Of a stretch of 64,000 bases of DNA, positions 51,922-63,700 are shown in pieces (positions within the stretch are counted from its first letter, which is position 1; the number at the start of each line of letters is the position of its first letter). Under the pieces are notes generated by a model, which saw only the letters and a list, made by a program, of their open reading frames with translations, did no database searches and had not been told where the DNA came from. A program made the position numbers and the translations under genes. The stretch is from Crocinitomicaceae bacterium (GTDB taxonomy: Bacteria; Bacteroidota; Bacteroidia; Flavobacteriales_D; Crocinitomicaceae): contig JAURGK010000001.1 in the NCBI GenBank assembly GCA_030833845.1, forward strand, positions 97,468-161,467, in the 5' to 3' direction.

Positions 51922-54915
51922 CTATCCGCGAAGACGCTTAGAGAAGTCAAGTAAAATTGGTGTAGCAACACAAAGTGAAGAATAGGTACCAATAACTACA
52001 CCCACTAATAATGCAAATAAGAAGCCTTTGATGGCTGGGCCACCAAAAATAAACATGATTAACACAACGACAAACAAGGTCATTGAGGTGTTAAATGTAC
52101 GCGAAAGCGTTCTGTTGAGTGATGCATTGATGATTTGTACGTGGTTGTCATCAGGCTTGCTTTTGCGCATGTTTTCGCGTACACGGTCAAATACAATTAC
52201 TGTATCGTTCATCGAGTAACCAATGACTGTTAGAATGGCTGCTATAAATGCTTGATTCACATCAAGAGAGAAAGGCAAGAAGCCATGAAGTAAAGAGAAT
52301 ACAGAAATTACAAAGAAAGCATCGTGAATCAAACCTACAATAGCTCCTAAGGAATATTGCCAGTGTCCGAAACGAATGAGGATATATGCAAAAATTGCAA
52401 TTAAAGCCAGCGTAATAGCTATGCTCGAAGATGTCCAGAGCTCGCTTGAGATTGATGCTGAAATAGCGCGTGAACCTTCTATTTCATAGGAACCCATTTT
52501 ATCTTTACATGCATTGAGACCCTCTTTCAATTTGGCATTGACCTGGTCTGTTGCTCCATCGTTATTGAGCAAATAGTTCGTAACGATTTCTACGTTATAA
52601 TCGTTAGATTTTGTTTTGAGATCAACGGAGGCCTGCTCACCGTTTTCAACAAAAACTTTATTGAGTTCTTTACGAATCACTTCGATATCAGCCTTCTTTT
52701 CGAATTTAACTGCAAAGGTGCGGCCACCTGTAAATTCCACACTTTGCTTGAGGCCACGTTGCGTTAAAGAAACTATTCCGGCAACCGTTACAAGAATAGA
52801 GAATATATAAAAATATTTTCTCTTGCCCATCCAGTCAAAATTGAAATTCTGGAAAAGTCCTTTTGAATAGGTGGTATTGAAACTTACATTTTTTCCTTTG
52901 GACATCCAAGTATGAATAGCCAATTCAGCTACCACAAGGGCAGAAAACATCGAAGTAAAGATACCAATGATCAATGTGGTTGCAAATGATTCAATTTCAC
53001 CCGTACCGAATACTTTGAGGATAATTGCTACCAAAAGGTGTGTTACGTTGGCATCAATGATTGAAGGTAGTGCTTTGCGGAAACCTGTACCGATTGCAGT
53101 TTCGGTATCTGCTCCTTGGGCTTGTTCTTCGCGGACGCGCTCAAAAATCAAGATATTGGCATCTACTGCCGTACCGATGGTGAGTACAATACCAGCAATA
53201 CCTGCAAGGGTCAAGACAGCACCAAAAGATGCAAGCGAACCAAAAATAAACAGTACGTTCACAATAAGTGCAATATTGGCAGCCTGACCTGCTTTGCCAT
53301 AATAGAACATCATGTAAATCAATACTGCAATGAAGGCCACGCCAAAGGAGATTAAACCAGCTTTAGAGTTTTCAGCTCCAATGGTTGGTCCTACTTTTTG
53401 TAATTCCTTAATGACACAAGGAACCGGAAGTGCACCACCATTTAATAGTCCGGCAAGGTCTTCGGCTTCTTGGAATGAAAAACTTCCAGAAATCTGGGTA
53501 TTTCCATTAGTAATGGCATTGATTACACGTGGAGCACTGTATACCACACTATCCATAGAAATAGCAATGATGCGATCTTTATTTTCTGTAGTCATGCGGC
53601 CCCATTCATCAGCACCCTCATCTGTCATAGACAAACTAACTACGATACTACCGTCTGTTTGGTCATAATCCACTTTCGCATTGTTTACATGCTCTCCGCG
53701 CACGCGCGCCTTACCGTTGTCTGGTATGCGGCAAGCATAAAGGAAATAAGCTGTTTTTTTGGTTTTGTTGTCAATACTCTCCGGTTTTGCAGACCACATA
53801 AATTTAAGATCTTGCGGAAAGGTATTTTTGATGTCTTTGCGACGCAAAATTTGATCAACAACTGCCTTGTCAGCAGCATTTACATATCCAATGGCATAAC
53901 CACCTACTGGAGTTACATATTCAGCCAAACTTTTCTTGGCTGCATTGGAAACGGTTTGTTGTGTATTTGCTGCTTGGGTTTGAACTGCTGTATCATTGGC
54001 AATTGCCGTTGAATCTGCAGTAGAGTCAGCGACCACTAAGTCTTCAATCACTACCTCATTGAGCTTGCTCAAACGAGCAGCCTCTTGCCATTGGCGTTGG
54101 ATTTGCTCAGGCATGTAGGTTTCGTAGAATTCAAGATTTGCGGTGGATCGAATTTTGCGTGAAACTGTTTCTTCGTCTTGTACACCAGGAAGTTCAATAT
54201 AAAGGCGATTTGTGGAAAGGTCTCTTTGGATATTTGGTTGAGCCACGCCAAATTGGTTGATGCGGCGACCAATGATGTCTTCAATTCCTTTCATAGAAGA
54301 GGCAACCAACTCACGAAGGTAGTTTTCTACTTCAGCATCCGTTGTTTTGATACCAATAGATTCTCCACGAATGATGTAACTCAAAGGCAAAGAGCCATTG
54401 GCTTTTTTATAGGCTGTAATGAAGGTGGCAATGAAATCACCACCGTCGCGGTTGTAAGCAGCCACTGCACGATTGAACGGTTTGGTAAATTTAGGATCTG
54501 TAATGCTTTTCACCTGACCGCGAAGAAGGTCTGGGTAAGAGATTTCAACAGTAACGCTCATTCCACCAACAAGGTCTAGACCAAAGGCTAAAGACATCTT
54601 TTTGACTTGGGCAAACGTGGACCCTAGTACCGGATAAACAGGCTTTTCACCTTTTTCTCTTAAGATCTCATTTAAGAAGGCAGCCTTGGCCAATTCTGTA
54701 GCTTCAGGGTCATTGAAGTCAATTTCTGTACTGTTAGGTAAAATTGCTTTACCGCCATTGGCTTTGGCTTCGTCTTGAAGCATTCTCACCTTGAGGTCAG
54801 CCTCTTTTGCTGCTTTGGTTTCGACGTTGCTTGCTACCCAAGTAAATGATAGCTGGTAAAGGCAAACAGCTGTAAGCAGTATGGATAAGAACCAAAAAAA
54901 TCCTTTTAAACGCAT
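51922..54915 (-). CDS. secDF: Fused protein translocase subunit SecDF
   Basis: 997 aa. N-terminal TM segment plus a large periplasmic domain, then two 6-TM bundles with conserved SecD/SecF motifs (GLDLVGG, TLAGIAGIVLTIGTAVDANILIFERVREE, GYSMNDTVIVFDRVREN). Confidence 0.95.
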   Translation of the reverse strand: MRLKGFFWFLSILLTAVCLYQLSFTWVASNVETKAAKEADLKVRMLQDEAKANGGKAILPNSTEIDFNDPEATELAKAAFLNEILREKGEKPVYPVLGSTFAQVKKMSLAFGLDLVGGMSVTVEISYPDLLRGQVKSITDPKFTKPFNRAVAAYNRDGGDFIATFITAYKKANGSLPLSYIIRGESIGIKTTDAEVENYLRELVASSMKGIEDIIGRRINQFGVAQPNIQRDLSTNRLYIELPGVQDEETVSRKIRSTANLEFYETYMPEQIQRQWQEAARLSKLNEVVIEDLVVADSTADSTAIANDTAVQTQAANTQQTVSNAAKKSLAEYVTPVGGYAIGYVNAADKAVVDQILRRKDIKNTFPQDLKFMWSAKPESIDNKTKKTAYFLYACRIPDNGKARVRGEHVNNAKVDYDQTDGSIVVSLSMTDEGADEWGRMTTENKDRIIAISMDSVVYSAPRVINAITNGNTQISGSFSFQEAEDLAGLLNGGALPVPCVIKELQKVGPTIGAENSKAGLISFGVAFIAVLIYMMFYYGKAGQAANIALIVNVLFIFGSLASFGAVLTLAGIAGIVLTIGTAVDANILIFERVREEQAQGADTETAIGTGFRKALPSIIDANVTHLLVAIILKVFGTGEIESFATTLIIGIFTSMFSALVVAELAIHTWMSKGKNVSFNTTYSKGLFQNFNFDWMGKRKYFYIFSILVTVAGIVSLTQRGLKQSVEFTGGRTFAVKFEKKADIEVIRKELNKVFVENGEQASVDLKTKSNDYNVEIVTNYLLNNDGATDQVNAKLKEGLNACKDKMGSYEIEGSRAISASISSELWTSSSIAITLALIAIFAYILIRFGHWQYSLGAIVGLIHDAFFVISVFSLLHGFLPFSLDVNQAFIAAILTVIGYSMNDTVIVFDRVRENMRKSKPDDNHVQIINASLNRTLSRTFNTSMTLFVVVLIMFIFGGPAIKGFLFALLVGVVIGTYSSLCVATPILLDFSKRLRG

Positions 54916-54946
54916 TTCTAGTGTATTTGAATTTGAATTAAGGTTG

Positions 54947-54954
54947 CAAATATA
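54947..54954 (-). promoter_or_regulatory. -7 promoter box TAtaTTTG (minus strand) for secDF
   Basis: Plus-strand CAAATATA, 31 nt upstream of the secDF ATG. Confidence 0.45.
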
Positions 54955-54986
54955 GGATTTTGCATCATCAAATTCAAATAAAATAA

Positions 54987-56114
54987 CTAGGTGTTTTGAG
55001 CAATTTCAATCAGGCCCGAAGCAAAATCTTTCCATGCTTGCTCGATATTCAAATTACTTTGAGAAAGATGGGCCTTACACTTTAGTATATCTCCTTGATT
55101 AAAAAGACTTTGAATGCGTTTTGAAAAATTTATTGGGTCGGTTTCCAATAACTCAAAACCTTGATTTGTGGCCTCTAAACCTTCGGCTAATCCGCCAACA
55201 TTTGTGCACAATACCGGACATTGCTGACTCAAGGCCAAGGCGCGTACACCAGACTGAGTTGCACTGAGATAGGGTAAAACAACCAAATCTGAAGCTTGAA
55301 AATAAGTCGCCACCTCTTCTTCGGGTATGAATCGTTGGTCAAAACGCCAATTTGAGCTGCTCAAAAGCTCGAGTTTTTTTTGATAGGCTGCCGCATCACC
55401 ATAAACTTCACCTGCAATCAATAACTGGTAATCTTGGCCTAATAGTTCAAAGGCAGAAATCAATTCCATCAGGCCCTTATAAGATCTAATCAGTCCAAAA
55501 AACAATAAAGTCTTCTTGTGAGGATTTAAATTCAAGGCTGCGCAGGCCTGCTCTTTAGAAAGACGAGGTGTATCAAGCTCATAAGGAGGATGAGGTAGCA
55601 AAATGATATTGGCGTCCGGTTTCAAGGCTAATACTTCCTTTTTGACTGCCGCAGAAAGCACCACAAAGGCATCATAAGCACGTAGAAAGCGCTTGTTTAA
55701 CCATGTATCGTAAAAACGTTTTTCATGCGGATTCAAATTATGGATGATGGCAATTTTTTTGGTGCGCCTTGGAAGAAACCAAGTCCAGAAAATCATCATA
55801 GGCGCCATGAATGTCATCCAATAGGAGCTGACAAAAACATCGGGCTTCTCCTTTCTAAAACGTAGTGCCGAAAATAAATAAGTGAAGGGGTTAAATGTGG
55901 AAACAACGCGTTTGGCACCCACGTCTTGAAGCTCAAAATCATACTGGCTTGAGCCGGGAAAAAGCATGTCGGGGTATTGTTTTTTAAAGGTAAATGCCTT
56001 TAGCTCCACACTGGTGTGTAATGCTTTAATTGTAGCTGCACTAAACTTTGAAATCCCTCCCCGAAACGGAGGCAAAGCTGAAAAAAAAAGCCATTTTGCT
56101 GGATTTTGTCTCAT
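54987..56114 (-). CDS. Glycosyltransferase, GT4/GT-B fold family
   Basis: About 375 aa with GT-B architecture. The C-terminal half has LLIAGE...VLPY...SGV...A...PV motifs typical of the 'glycosyl transferases group 1' family. 4-nt overlap with the upstream gene. Confidence 0.8.
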   Translation of the reverse strand: MRQNPAKWLFFSALPPFRGGISKFSAATIKALHTSVELKAFTFKKQYPDMLFPGSSQYDFELQDVGAKRVVSTFNPFTYLFSALRFRKEKPDVFVSSYWMTFMAPMMIFWTWFLPRRTKKIAIIHNLNPHEKRFYDTWLNKRFLRAYDAFVVLSAAVKKEVLALKPDANIILLPHPPYELDTPRLSKEQACAALNLNPHKKTLLFFGLIRSYKGLMELISAFELLGQDYQLLIAGEVYGDAAAYQKKLELLSSSNWRFDQRFIPEEEVATYFQASDLVVLPYLSATQSGVRALALSQQCPVLCTNVGGLAEGLEATNQGFELLETDPINFSKRIQSLFNQGDILKCKAHLSQSNLNIEQAWKDFASGLIEIAQNT

Positions 56115-56869
56115 TGGTTGGGGTCAATGTTTTTTGCCTTGCATCGTTCCAAAAACACTTTGAGTTCACTTTCAGAGAGGGCGTATCCATCCCGATACAT
56201 AACTCGGCTTTGTGTTTTGCCAAATTTATCATAGGAGGTTGTCCAGCCATGCTGTAAGTCGTTCTTGTAGTTGATGCGCGCTTGGAGCTGACCAGTGTTG
56301 TAATACTCCGACCAAAGACCTATTTTTTCGCCATTCTTGTAGGTGCCGGTTAATTTCAATTTTCCGTTATAAAAATACTCTTCAAAGAGGCCATTGGGTT
56401 CATCGTTAGTCCAATATTGCACGCTGCGTACTTGTAATTTATTTTCTAAATACTGACCTTCCTTGTAGTAATAAATAGATTTGCCTTCATGGACATCGTT
56501 TTTATAGTTTTCGGCACTCATCAGTTCACCACTCATCGCATAGTTATACCAAAGTGAATCTTTGCGGCCACTTTTATAAAAGCCATCGCTCATGACTTGC
56601 CCATTTTCATAGTACAGGAGTACGGCTGCAGTTTTATTTGGCAAACCGTGTTGAATTTCAGCCTGTTTTTGCCCACTTTCAAAATAGTACGTAAACAGTC
56701 CTGTGGGCAAATCATCTATGAATTGACCTCTGTATTGAGGAATATTGGTGCCAGGATAGTTTTTTTGCCAAGGGCCTTGCTTCTTGCCTTTGGCATCTGT
56801 TTGATTGAGTTGCGCAGTGGCACACAATACCGCCAAGCATGTAAGTAAGAAAGAAAAAACATATTTCAT
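56111..56869 (-). CDS. Secreted MORN-repeat-variant (YwqK-like) protein
   Basis: Signal peptide MKYVFSFLLTCLAVLCATAQ. Repeated units of the form YYENGQ....G.Y..G...G.W..YY. Confidence 0.75.
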   Translation of the reverse strand: MKYVFSFLLTCLAVLCATAQLNQTDAKGKKQGPWQKNYPGTNIPQYRGQFIDDLPTGLFTYYFESGQKQAEIQHGLPNKTAAVLLYYENGQVMSDGFYKSGRKDSLWYNYAMSGELMSAENYKNDVHEGKSIYYYKEGQYLENKLQVRSVQYWTNDEPNGLFEEYFYNGKLKLTGTYKNGEKIGLWSEYYNTGQLQARINYKNDLQHGWTTSYDKFGKTQSRVMYRDGYALSESELKVFLERCKAKNIDPNQ

Positions 56870-57405
56870 AAGTAAGTACTTAAGTGTGCCAAATGCGGAA
56901 GCCTTAAATCTGCAACTTCCTTGACTCGTTCTTCAGACTCCACTAAAATAGTGAACATTCCTAGTCGTTTGCCAAAGAGAATGTCTGTATTGGTGTCTCC
57001 AATCATTATAGAGCGGCTAAAATCAATGGAAGGAATTAGCTCCTTTGCTTCAAGTCCCATCCGAATATTTGGTTTTCTGCGTTGGGCCGTTCCATTTTTA
57101 AATTCCGTCGCCGCTAAAACAAGATCTATATGCATTCCGGCTGCATGTAGCGCTTCAAGCATTTGTTGATGTATGGCATCAAGTTCTTCTTGTTTGAGTA
57201 GCCCTTTGGCAACACATTGTTGGTTCGTTACAACGATAATCTTATCAAAAGCCTTGCCAATTTTAGCTGCCGCATTTAATAATCCTGGAGTAAATTCAAA
57301 CGCCGACCAGTCAAGCACATAACTATCGAAGAGTCGTTTATTGATGACTCCATCTCGGTCTAAAAAAAGCGTCCAGCCCGGGCCTATTTTGGGAAGTTCA
57401 TTCAT
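56866..57405 (-). CDS. HAD-IIIA family phosphatase, GmhB-like (D,D-heptose 1,7-bisphosphate phosphatase-like)
   Basis: Motif I LFLDRDGVIN, motif II VVTNQ, and motif III/IV RKP...GDTNTD. Confidence 0.8.
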   Translation of the reverse strand: MNELPKIGPGWTLFLDRDGVINKRLFDSYVLDWSAFEFTPGLLNAAAKIGKAFDKIIVVTNQQCVAKGLLKQEELDAIHQQMLEALHAAGMHIDLVLAATEFKNGTAQRRKPNIRMGLEAKELIPSIDFSRSIMIGDTNTDILFGKRLGMFTILVESEERVKEVADLRLPHLAHLSTYL

Positions 57406-58346
57406 TGACCAATCTTGCTTGAGATCAGGTAATGATTGCGGGTGCTGGAATTTCTTCCAATCAATTCGGCAATGAAACCTGCCATAAAGAATTGCACACC
57501 AATTACCATGGCCACAAGTGCAACATAAAAGTCTGAACGGCTAGAAAGCCTTTCGGCCGATTGGTGAATGAGCAATTTATCAATGCCCATGTAGGCAAAT
57601 AATCCAAAGCCAAGTAGGAACATAAATACCCCAATGGCACCAAAAAAATGCATCGGTTTTTTGCCAAATTTGCCCATAAAGGCCACGGTCATGAGGTCTA
57701 GTGGGCCGTTTAAGAAACGATTGAGACCAAATTTTGTCACGCCATATTGCCTAGCTCTATGCACCACTACCTTTTCTCCAATTTTTTGAAAACCTGCGTA
57801 TTTTGCCAGTGCAGGTATATAGCGATGCATATCTCCATATAATTCGATGCTTTTGATCACCTCATTTTTATAGGCTTTCAGACCGCAATTAAAATCGTGT
57901 AAATAAATTCCGGTAATGCGGCGAGCAGCCCAATTATAGAGCTTGGTTGGTATGGTTTTAGACAATGGGTCATGACGCACTTTTTTCCAACCCGAGACCA
58001 CATCGAGGTCTTCTTGCATTACCATGCGGTAGAGCTCAGGGATTTCATCAGGTGAATCTTGTAAGTCGGCATCCATGGTAATGACAACCTGGCCTTGAGC
58101 GGCTTCAAAACCAACTTGGAGGGCAGCAGATTTGCCGTAATTGCGCTGAAATTTTAAGGCTTTTACAGCGGCATTTTGTGCACTTAATTGTGTAATCACC
58201 TCCCAGGAATTGTCTTTACTGCCATCGTCGATGAACCAAATTTCATAACTAAGTTGCTCGGCGGCCATCACGCTCACAATCCAGTCGTGCAATTCTGGTA
58301 AGGACTCAGCTTCGTTGTATAATGGAATAACAATTGATAGTTGCAT
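57402..58346 (-). CDS. GT2 family polyprenyl-phosphate glycosyltransferase (GtrB/ArnC/DPM1-like) with two C-terminal TM helices
   Basis: LSIVIPLYNEAESL, FIDDGSKDNS and the DxD motif in MDADLQD, plus a C-terminal hydrophobic hairpin. Confidence 0.85.
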   Translation of the reverse strand: MQLSIVIPLYNEAESLPELHDWIVSVMAAEQLSYEIWFIDDGSKDNSWEVITQLSAQNAAVKALKFQRNYGKSAALQVGFEAAQGQVVITMDADLQDSPDEIPELYRMVMQEDLDVVSGWKKVRHDPLSKTIPTKLYNWAARRITGIYLHDFNCGLKAYKNEVIKSIELYGDMHRYIPALAKYAGFQKIGEKVVVHRARQYGVTKFGLNRFLNGPLDLMTVAFMGKFGKKPMHFFGAIGVFMFLLGFGLFAYMGIDKLLIHQSAERLSSRSDFYVALVAMVIGVQFFMAGFIAELIGRNSSTRNHYLISSKIGQ

Positions 58347-58374
58347 GGGGTCTTTCTTACTTCAAAGATATATG

Positions 58375-60720
58375 TTATTGTCCTGATTTGAGCCAAGGAT
58401 AATACTTGCTACCAATTTTCAGTAAGTAAAATCCAGAGGGCAATGCACTTGTATTGATGGTCGGAAGACTAGGTGAAATGCTTCCTGAACTTAGTATTTT
58501 ACCATCCATTTGATAGACCTCAAAAGCACATTCATTTTGAATGCCACTGACTGATATTTGATCTATGCCCGGGTTTGGATAAAGCCGTAGCTCATCGGAA
58601 ATTGGAGCATTCGGTGCTGATAACACGGGCTCATTGGTTATGCTAAAATGATCAAAAGCAGCCTCAGTAATATTCGGACTACCAGGATAATCCGCAATCG
58701 TTACACTCAACATCATGGTATTGCTAAAAGGAATTAAATTATCGAGGGCAATACTTTTGTATTCCCACTCCATGGGATTTCCTTGCGGACCTATGATTTG
58801 TTCAATGAGCACACTTTGGAGGCCATTGGACAACCAAATACTGAGGGTGTCATCGAAAGTTCCTGGCCCATGAAAACAGAAAAAAGAACGGGCATAATTC
58901 AGATAGGGGGTGCTCATGCCATTCAAATCAAAAATGGGTGATTTCAAGGTCGTAAATCCATTGTCGACATCATTTTGGTCCGGGTTTGGTGTCGTGCCAT
59001 TGCCGGTGAGCATACATTGATCAAAGCAGTCCAGTGGCGAATCATTGTCAAATACTGTATTGGTAGTTGCATTAGGTTTGGCGCGTTCCCAATTGCCTGT
59101 TTGGGCATTGGAAAGTACGGTCCATCCAAAGTCGAAGGTAAAGTCGTCGTAATATCCTTTGTTGAGATAGACGATCAATTGTTGGGTATTGGCATCAATT
59201 TGTACAGTTGAGCATTTGGTTTGATAAGACCATTTGCCAACCACCAGCTCATAGCTATCCTGGTAATAAAGTGTGAAATCTTCCTGTCCCAATCCATTAG
59301 AGACGCCCTGATGAATGAGCTGAGGGTGGACCAATTTGATTTCTGCATTTGAAATGGGCAGGTTTGTTGCTTGGTCCAAAACCTTGATTTGCAATGCATA
59401 AGGAGGGATAGGCAATAAATTGAAATTTTGGGTTGTTGTAAAGCCCTCTACTAATGAAACTTGAACTGTTTGCGGATAATAACCTGGTTTATTGACCTCC
59501 ACGACATAGTTACCCGAGGTGGCTATCCCGGTTTTATAAACCCCCTGGGCATTGGTATTTTCTTGCATTGCTGCCCCGAGTAAGGAAACACTCACCCCGG
59601 AGAGTACTTGCCCGCTTGTCAGGTCCTTTACCACACCTACCAAACTAGCTGCCGGAGCATAATTGATTTTCAAGATGTAAAGACCTTCAGTGATATCTGC
59701 TGCCACAGCTTTGTCTGAAGCAAAAAAAGGATATACTCCCCAACAACCATCAAAACCTGGAGTTTGGCCTGGGTAGGTATCATAGCGCCCGAGCTGAATG
59801 AGATTTGCCGGGTCATGGGCATCATGAACAACGATGCCATCGCTGTAGTAACTTGTAATTAAATAATCGCCTTTTACGTGAGTGTTGTGTGGTATGACAC
59901 TCGTGCCTTGCATTGTTTGTATGCGGTCTAGCTCTGTAATTTGTTGTAAATTACTGATATCATAGGCGGCTACGTATGCACCCGAAATTTCATCGGTGGT
60001 GTAGACCGTTTGCCCATTGGCACTTGGCCATATGTTGTGGGTAAAAAAGTTTGGTGTATTGTGGGTTGCTAAAAGTACTGGGTTACTATGATCTGATACA
60101 TCCACAATGCAAAAATAACCATCATAAATATGCGCTGTGTATAAGGTGTCGTTGCGTTCAAAACCGTCGTGCACATAAGAAATATCAAATACACCAACTT
60201 CCTGGGGCTGCATTGGATTGTTATTTAAATCCAAAATTATGACCCCTTGATTTTCGCGATTGGCTCCAAAAATATACCCGTAACCACTCTCAGAGGTAAA
60301 ACAAGTATGCGCACTTTGCCAAGGATTAGATGCAGGACCTGTATAGATGGCAGTGGGTAGGTTGGTGGATTGAGGCAGCGGGCTAAGATCAATGATCAAC
60401 AGTCCGTCTTCAGCCTCGGTAGTGACATAAGCGTAATCTCCGAATACACAAGGGTCTCGCCAGATGGATTCGGTGCCTGCCATCCAAAATACCTCTTGGG
60501 GTTGGGCGCCATTTGTAATGTTTACAATCGACGTGCCTTTGGAGGTTCCTACAATGGCATATTCATTGCCGAATTCATCGGTGTATCCCCAAACGTCATT
60601 GAGATTTGCCCCATGCAAAGCCTGGTAATCAATATGAGAAAGCGAATCAATTGAGAATTGACCATAAGCCAAAGAAAAAAAAGCACATTGAACAATGAAA
60701 AGAATTCGCAGTATATACAT
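58375..60720 (-). CDS. T9SS-sorted LVIVD-repeat (choice-of-anchor-B-like) beta-propeller protein with CarboxypepD_reg-like and MAM-like domains
   Basis: Signal peptide. LVIVD-type strands GLLIIDLS, GVIILDLN, YFCIVDVS, GIVVHDAH and GLYILKIN. VGVVKDLTSGQVLSGVSVSL (Cpd-reg-like). CTD is LRLYPNPGIDQISV...SGFYLLKIGSKYY. Confidence 0.8.
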   Translation of the reverse strand: MYILRILFIVQCAFFSLAYGQFSIDSLSHIDYQALHGANLNDVWGYTDEFGNEYAIVGTSKGTSIVNITNGAQPQEVFWMAGTESIWRDPCVFGDYAYVTTEAEDGLLIIDLSPLPQSTNLPTAIYTGPASNPWQSAHTCFTSESGYGYIFGANRENQGVIILDLNNNPMQPQEVGVFDISYVHDGFERNDTLYTAHIYDGYFCIVDVSDHSNPVLLATHNTPNFFTHNIWPSANGQTVYTTDEISGAYVAAYDISNLQQITELDRIQTMQGTSVIPHNTHVKGDYLITSYYSDGIVVHDAHDPANLIQLGRYDTYPGQTPGFDGCWGVYPFFASDKAVAADITEGLYILKINYAPAASLVGVVKDLTSGQVLSGVSVSLLGAAMQENTNAQGVYKTGIATSGNYVVEVNKPGYYPQTVQVSLVEGFTTTQNFNLLPIPPYALQIKVLDQATNLPISNAEIKLVHPQLIHQGVSNGLGQEDFTLYYQDSYELVVGKWSYQTKCSTVQIDANTQQLIVYLNKGYYDDFTFDFGWTVLSNAQTGNWERAKPNATTNTVFDNDSPLDCFDQCMLTGNGTTPNPDQNDVDNGFTTLKSPIFDLNGMSTPYLNYARSFFCFHGPGTFDDTLSIWLSNGLQSVLIEQIIGPQGNPMEWEYKSIALDNLIPFSNTMMLSVTIADYPGSPNITEAAFDHFSITNEPVLSAPNAPISDELRLYPNPGIDQISVSGIQNECAFEVYQMDGKILSSGSISPSLPTINTSALPSGFYLLKIGSKYYPWLKSGQ

Positions 60721-60723
60721 TTT

Positions 60724-63700
60724 CTATGGTTTTATTATTTTTTTCGTGTAGGTGCCAAGTGGTGTATCAATTTGAATCAGATAAGTGCCAGATAAATAGG
60801 CACTCATATCTATGAAACTTTCAGCAAAGAGATCTGTGGCATGCATCGATTCTTGATAAAGCTGCCTTCCTGTCAAATCGAGCAATTTAAGTTGTGCCTC
60901 CCCATTAATTGGCCCACTCAATTCAACGGTGGTTAAACCAGCTGTTGGGTTGGGAAAAATTTTAATCTCTGCATTTTGATTCATTTCTGGGACATCTAAA
61001 GTGAAGCCCACGGTGAAATCATAACGATGATAATGGCCAAAATCACCTGGGAAAAATTCGATGTAGCTCCCCCCTACTTTACGCAAGCGCATCTGACCAG
61101 CGGTTTCACCTTCTACTTGTGCCGAATACCAAAATGACAAACCATCATGATCAGTATCCTCTATAATAATTGAATAACAACCCGGAGCCAAGTCAAAAGT
61201 ATCTTTGTATTGAGTGGAATTCTGAAGGTTATTGCGCTCAAACAATACATTGCCAGCATGGTCTAATAGCTGGTAACTGTTTTCAACAGCCTTGTTGTTG
61301 GTGGTTAGCCACACAAAAAACGGCCCATCTATGCGCTCTGGGGCATCGTATTTTACTGTCATTAAACTATTCTGATTGTATAAATCTGGGCCGATATTTC
61401 CATTGACATCAGCAACCCAGGCCGTGAAGGTATAGGAGCTGTCTTGCTCGTACCACCAATTCATATCAGTAATAGGAATTTCAACGACAGCTTGTTCCAT
61501 AAAGTCAAGATTACCCGTCCAATCATAGACCATGTTGGAACCGTAATCGAGCCAACAAAAAATTCTACAGGAAGTCAGTGGCTGAGCACCGGTATTTTTG
61601 AGAATAATTCTCGGGTTTTGACATGTAGGATTCCACTTGGAATAATACTCGTAGTTATTAGGATTGAGCACATCAACAATGGCCGCATCATAATCAAAAT
61701 TTGGTGCTGAATAAGATATCAAATCGTAGGCAGCAATGTAATTTCCACCTGCTTGCCCCGGATCATTGGCGGGTACGGAATTGACAGCGTAATCTAATTC
61801 TACGGTATCGCCGGGGCTGACATAAGGTGTGAGTTCAAATTCAAAATCCTTGACCATATCGCCAGGGCACCAACCTTCTCTGGCATAGGGCCACGTACCA
61901 CCTTGGCCAATATTGGGGTTGTCTCCGCACACCATCGCATCCCAAATGCTCCAATTGAAGCGCGGGATGCCATCAACCTTGATTTGATGACTGTTATTGA
62001 CCCATTCACAACAAGCGTAGTCTCCAACTTGTCCGTGGCCAGACATGCGCGTTTTGATTTTAAACATTTCGGCGCTATCTGAAAGCACAATGGGTTTGGC
62101 TTGCAAGACAGCATCTGCGGCCATTTGACCAAAATTATAAGATTTGGATTCGGCCCAAATGGGTTCCCTCTTGATGACATCTCTAGGAGGAGTACCCTTG
62201 ATGAATGCAAATTTCAAATCGAGAAGTTCTTGGGTATTATGTGCAGATAGGTCAACAAGCCCGTGCAGGTATTGCTGATAGTCCGTCACATCATAGATCC
62301 ACGTAAATCCGTTCGGGCCTAAATCAAATTGGATACCATAGGGTGTAATGTAACGAGCAATCTCCACATTATTGATGACTTCATATGGTGGGTTGTAAAC
62401 CACAATGGGTTGGTTATTTAAGGAAAGAGTTGTTTGCACTGGTGTTGAACTTAGCACAGTTCCGTTGCCGTCAATGATTGCCTCCACACCCTCAGGTGCG
62501 CCAATGTAGGTTTCAATCAATTCAAAATGCCTGTTTAATGGGGCCTGTTCAAATACAACTACGGGCTCTTTAAGAATTGGTTGATTCACTAAGGTGGTGC
62601 TCATGCCTTGCGCAACATCCTGGCCAATTTTCAGTACTGGCCTTAAATTCTGCGCTTGTGCCCCTGCATAAACGCCAAAAATAGGGTCTGGTGCTACCAT
62701 CCCGAATTCAGAGGGCATGAGGGTATGGCCGTGGCCACTCAAATCAATGGCATAGCGCAGGTTATCAAAATCATGGTATAGCACCAAATCATTCCAATTA
62801 GGATGCGTATTATCTACCTTTTGTTGGTAGAAAGAGGCGATGGTAGTTTCATTCAAAGCCGCTTTATAAACACGGAGTTCGTCTATTTTTCCACTCCAAA
62901 AATTGGCAGCATTGCCATTGGCTCCAATGATGAATTTTTGTAAGTAGCCTATTTCTCTGTTTTTGTTCGTGCCACTATGCCAAAGCGTGCCATTTTTATA
63001 AATAAACATTTGACCGCTGGCTTGATCCTTGACAAAGGCCCAATGATTCCATTGGTAATCACCAATATCATTGCTTGTGGCAACCTTATTGATTCTGTCG
63101 TAGCCTGTTTCATCACCGGCATCGAAATAAATATTGTTATTGCTCCAAGGCATGTGAATGTTAAAGACCCTGCGGCCAGCGCTGTCAAGTGCTTCCATGA
63201 TGCTTGTATTTACACCCATATTGAATTCTGAACGCGCCCAAAATTCAACGGTAAAGGCGCCGCCAATTTCCTCGTTAACAAATGAAGACATGGTATAATT
63301 TGAACCCGAAAGCGAGAGTGTGCCGTTGCGGCTTCCATAGGCTAAAGACATCGGGCTTGAAGTCTGCTCCATAAGGAATTCCAAGTTCTGACTGGCTGGA
63401 AAATCATTGTTGTTTAAATCAAATTGCACCAAGATATTTGACGTGCCGTCCCAAACAAAATCTTGAAAAAATACAAAGGTATTCCAACCCGCAACTAAGG
63501 GTGCATTTGCCATACCCGGGCCAAAGGAAGCATTAAAAACACCTAAAAATGGCGCTTGAATAAACTCCGAAAGGGTAGTTTGCTGGGTATGGGCCATCCA
63601 TATTTGGGGCCATTGTAATTCTCCTCCAGTTACAAGATTGAGTTGTATTGAACTAATCGGCCCTGCTTGAATTCCTGCAGCGCTAAGTTCTGCTGCAGTC

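Noticed and set aside
52028-54579. A series of long plus-strand ORFs (up to 133 aa) inside secDF. Similar antisense ORFs occur inside pnp (16074-17691), the M1 peptidase gene, the 13105-15777 gene and the final T9SS gene.
   Set aside because: All are antisense to long, strongly conserved coding sequences. Their translations are low-complexity or hydrophobic noise with no motifs. They are a typical by-product of codon bias.
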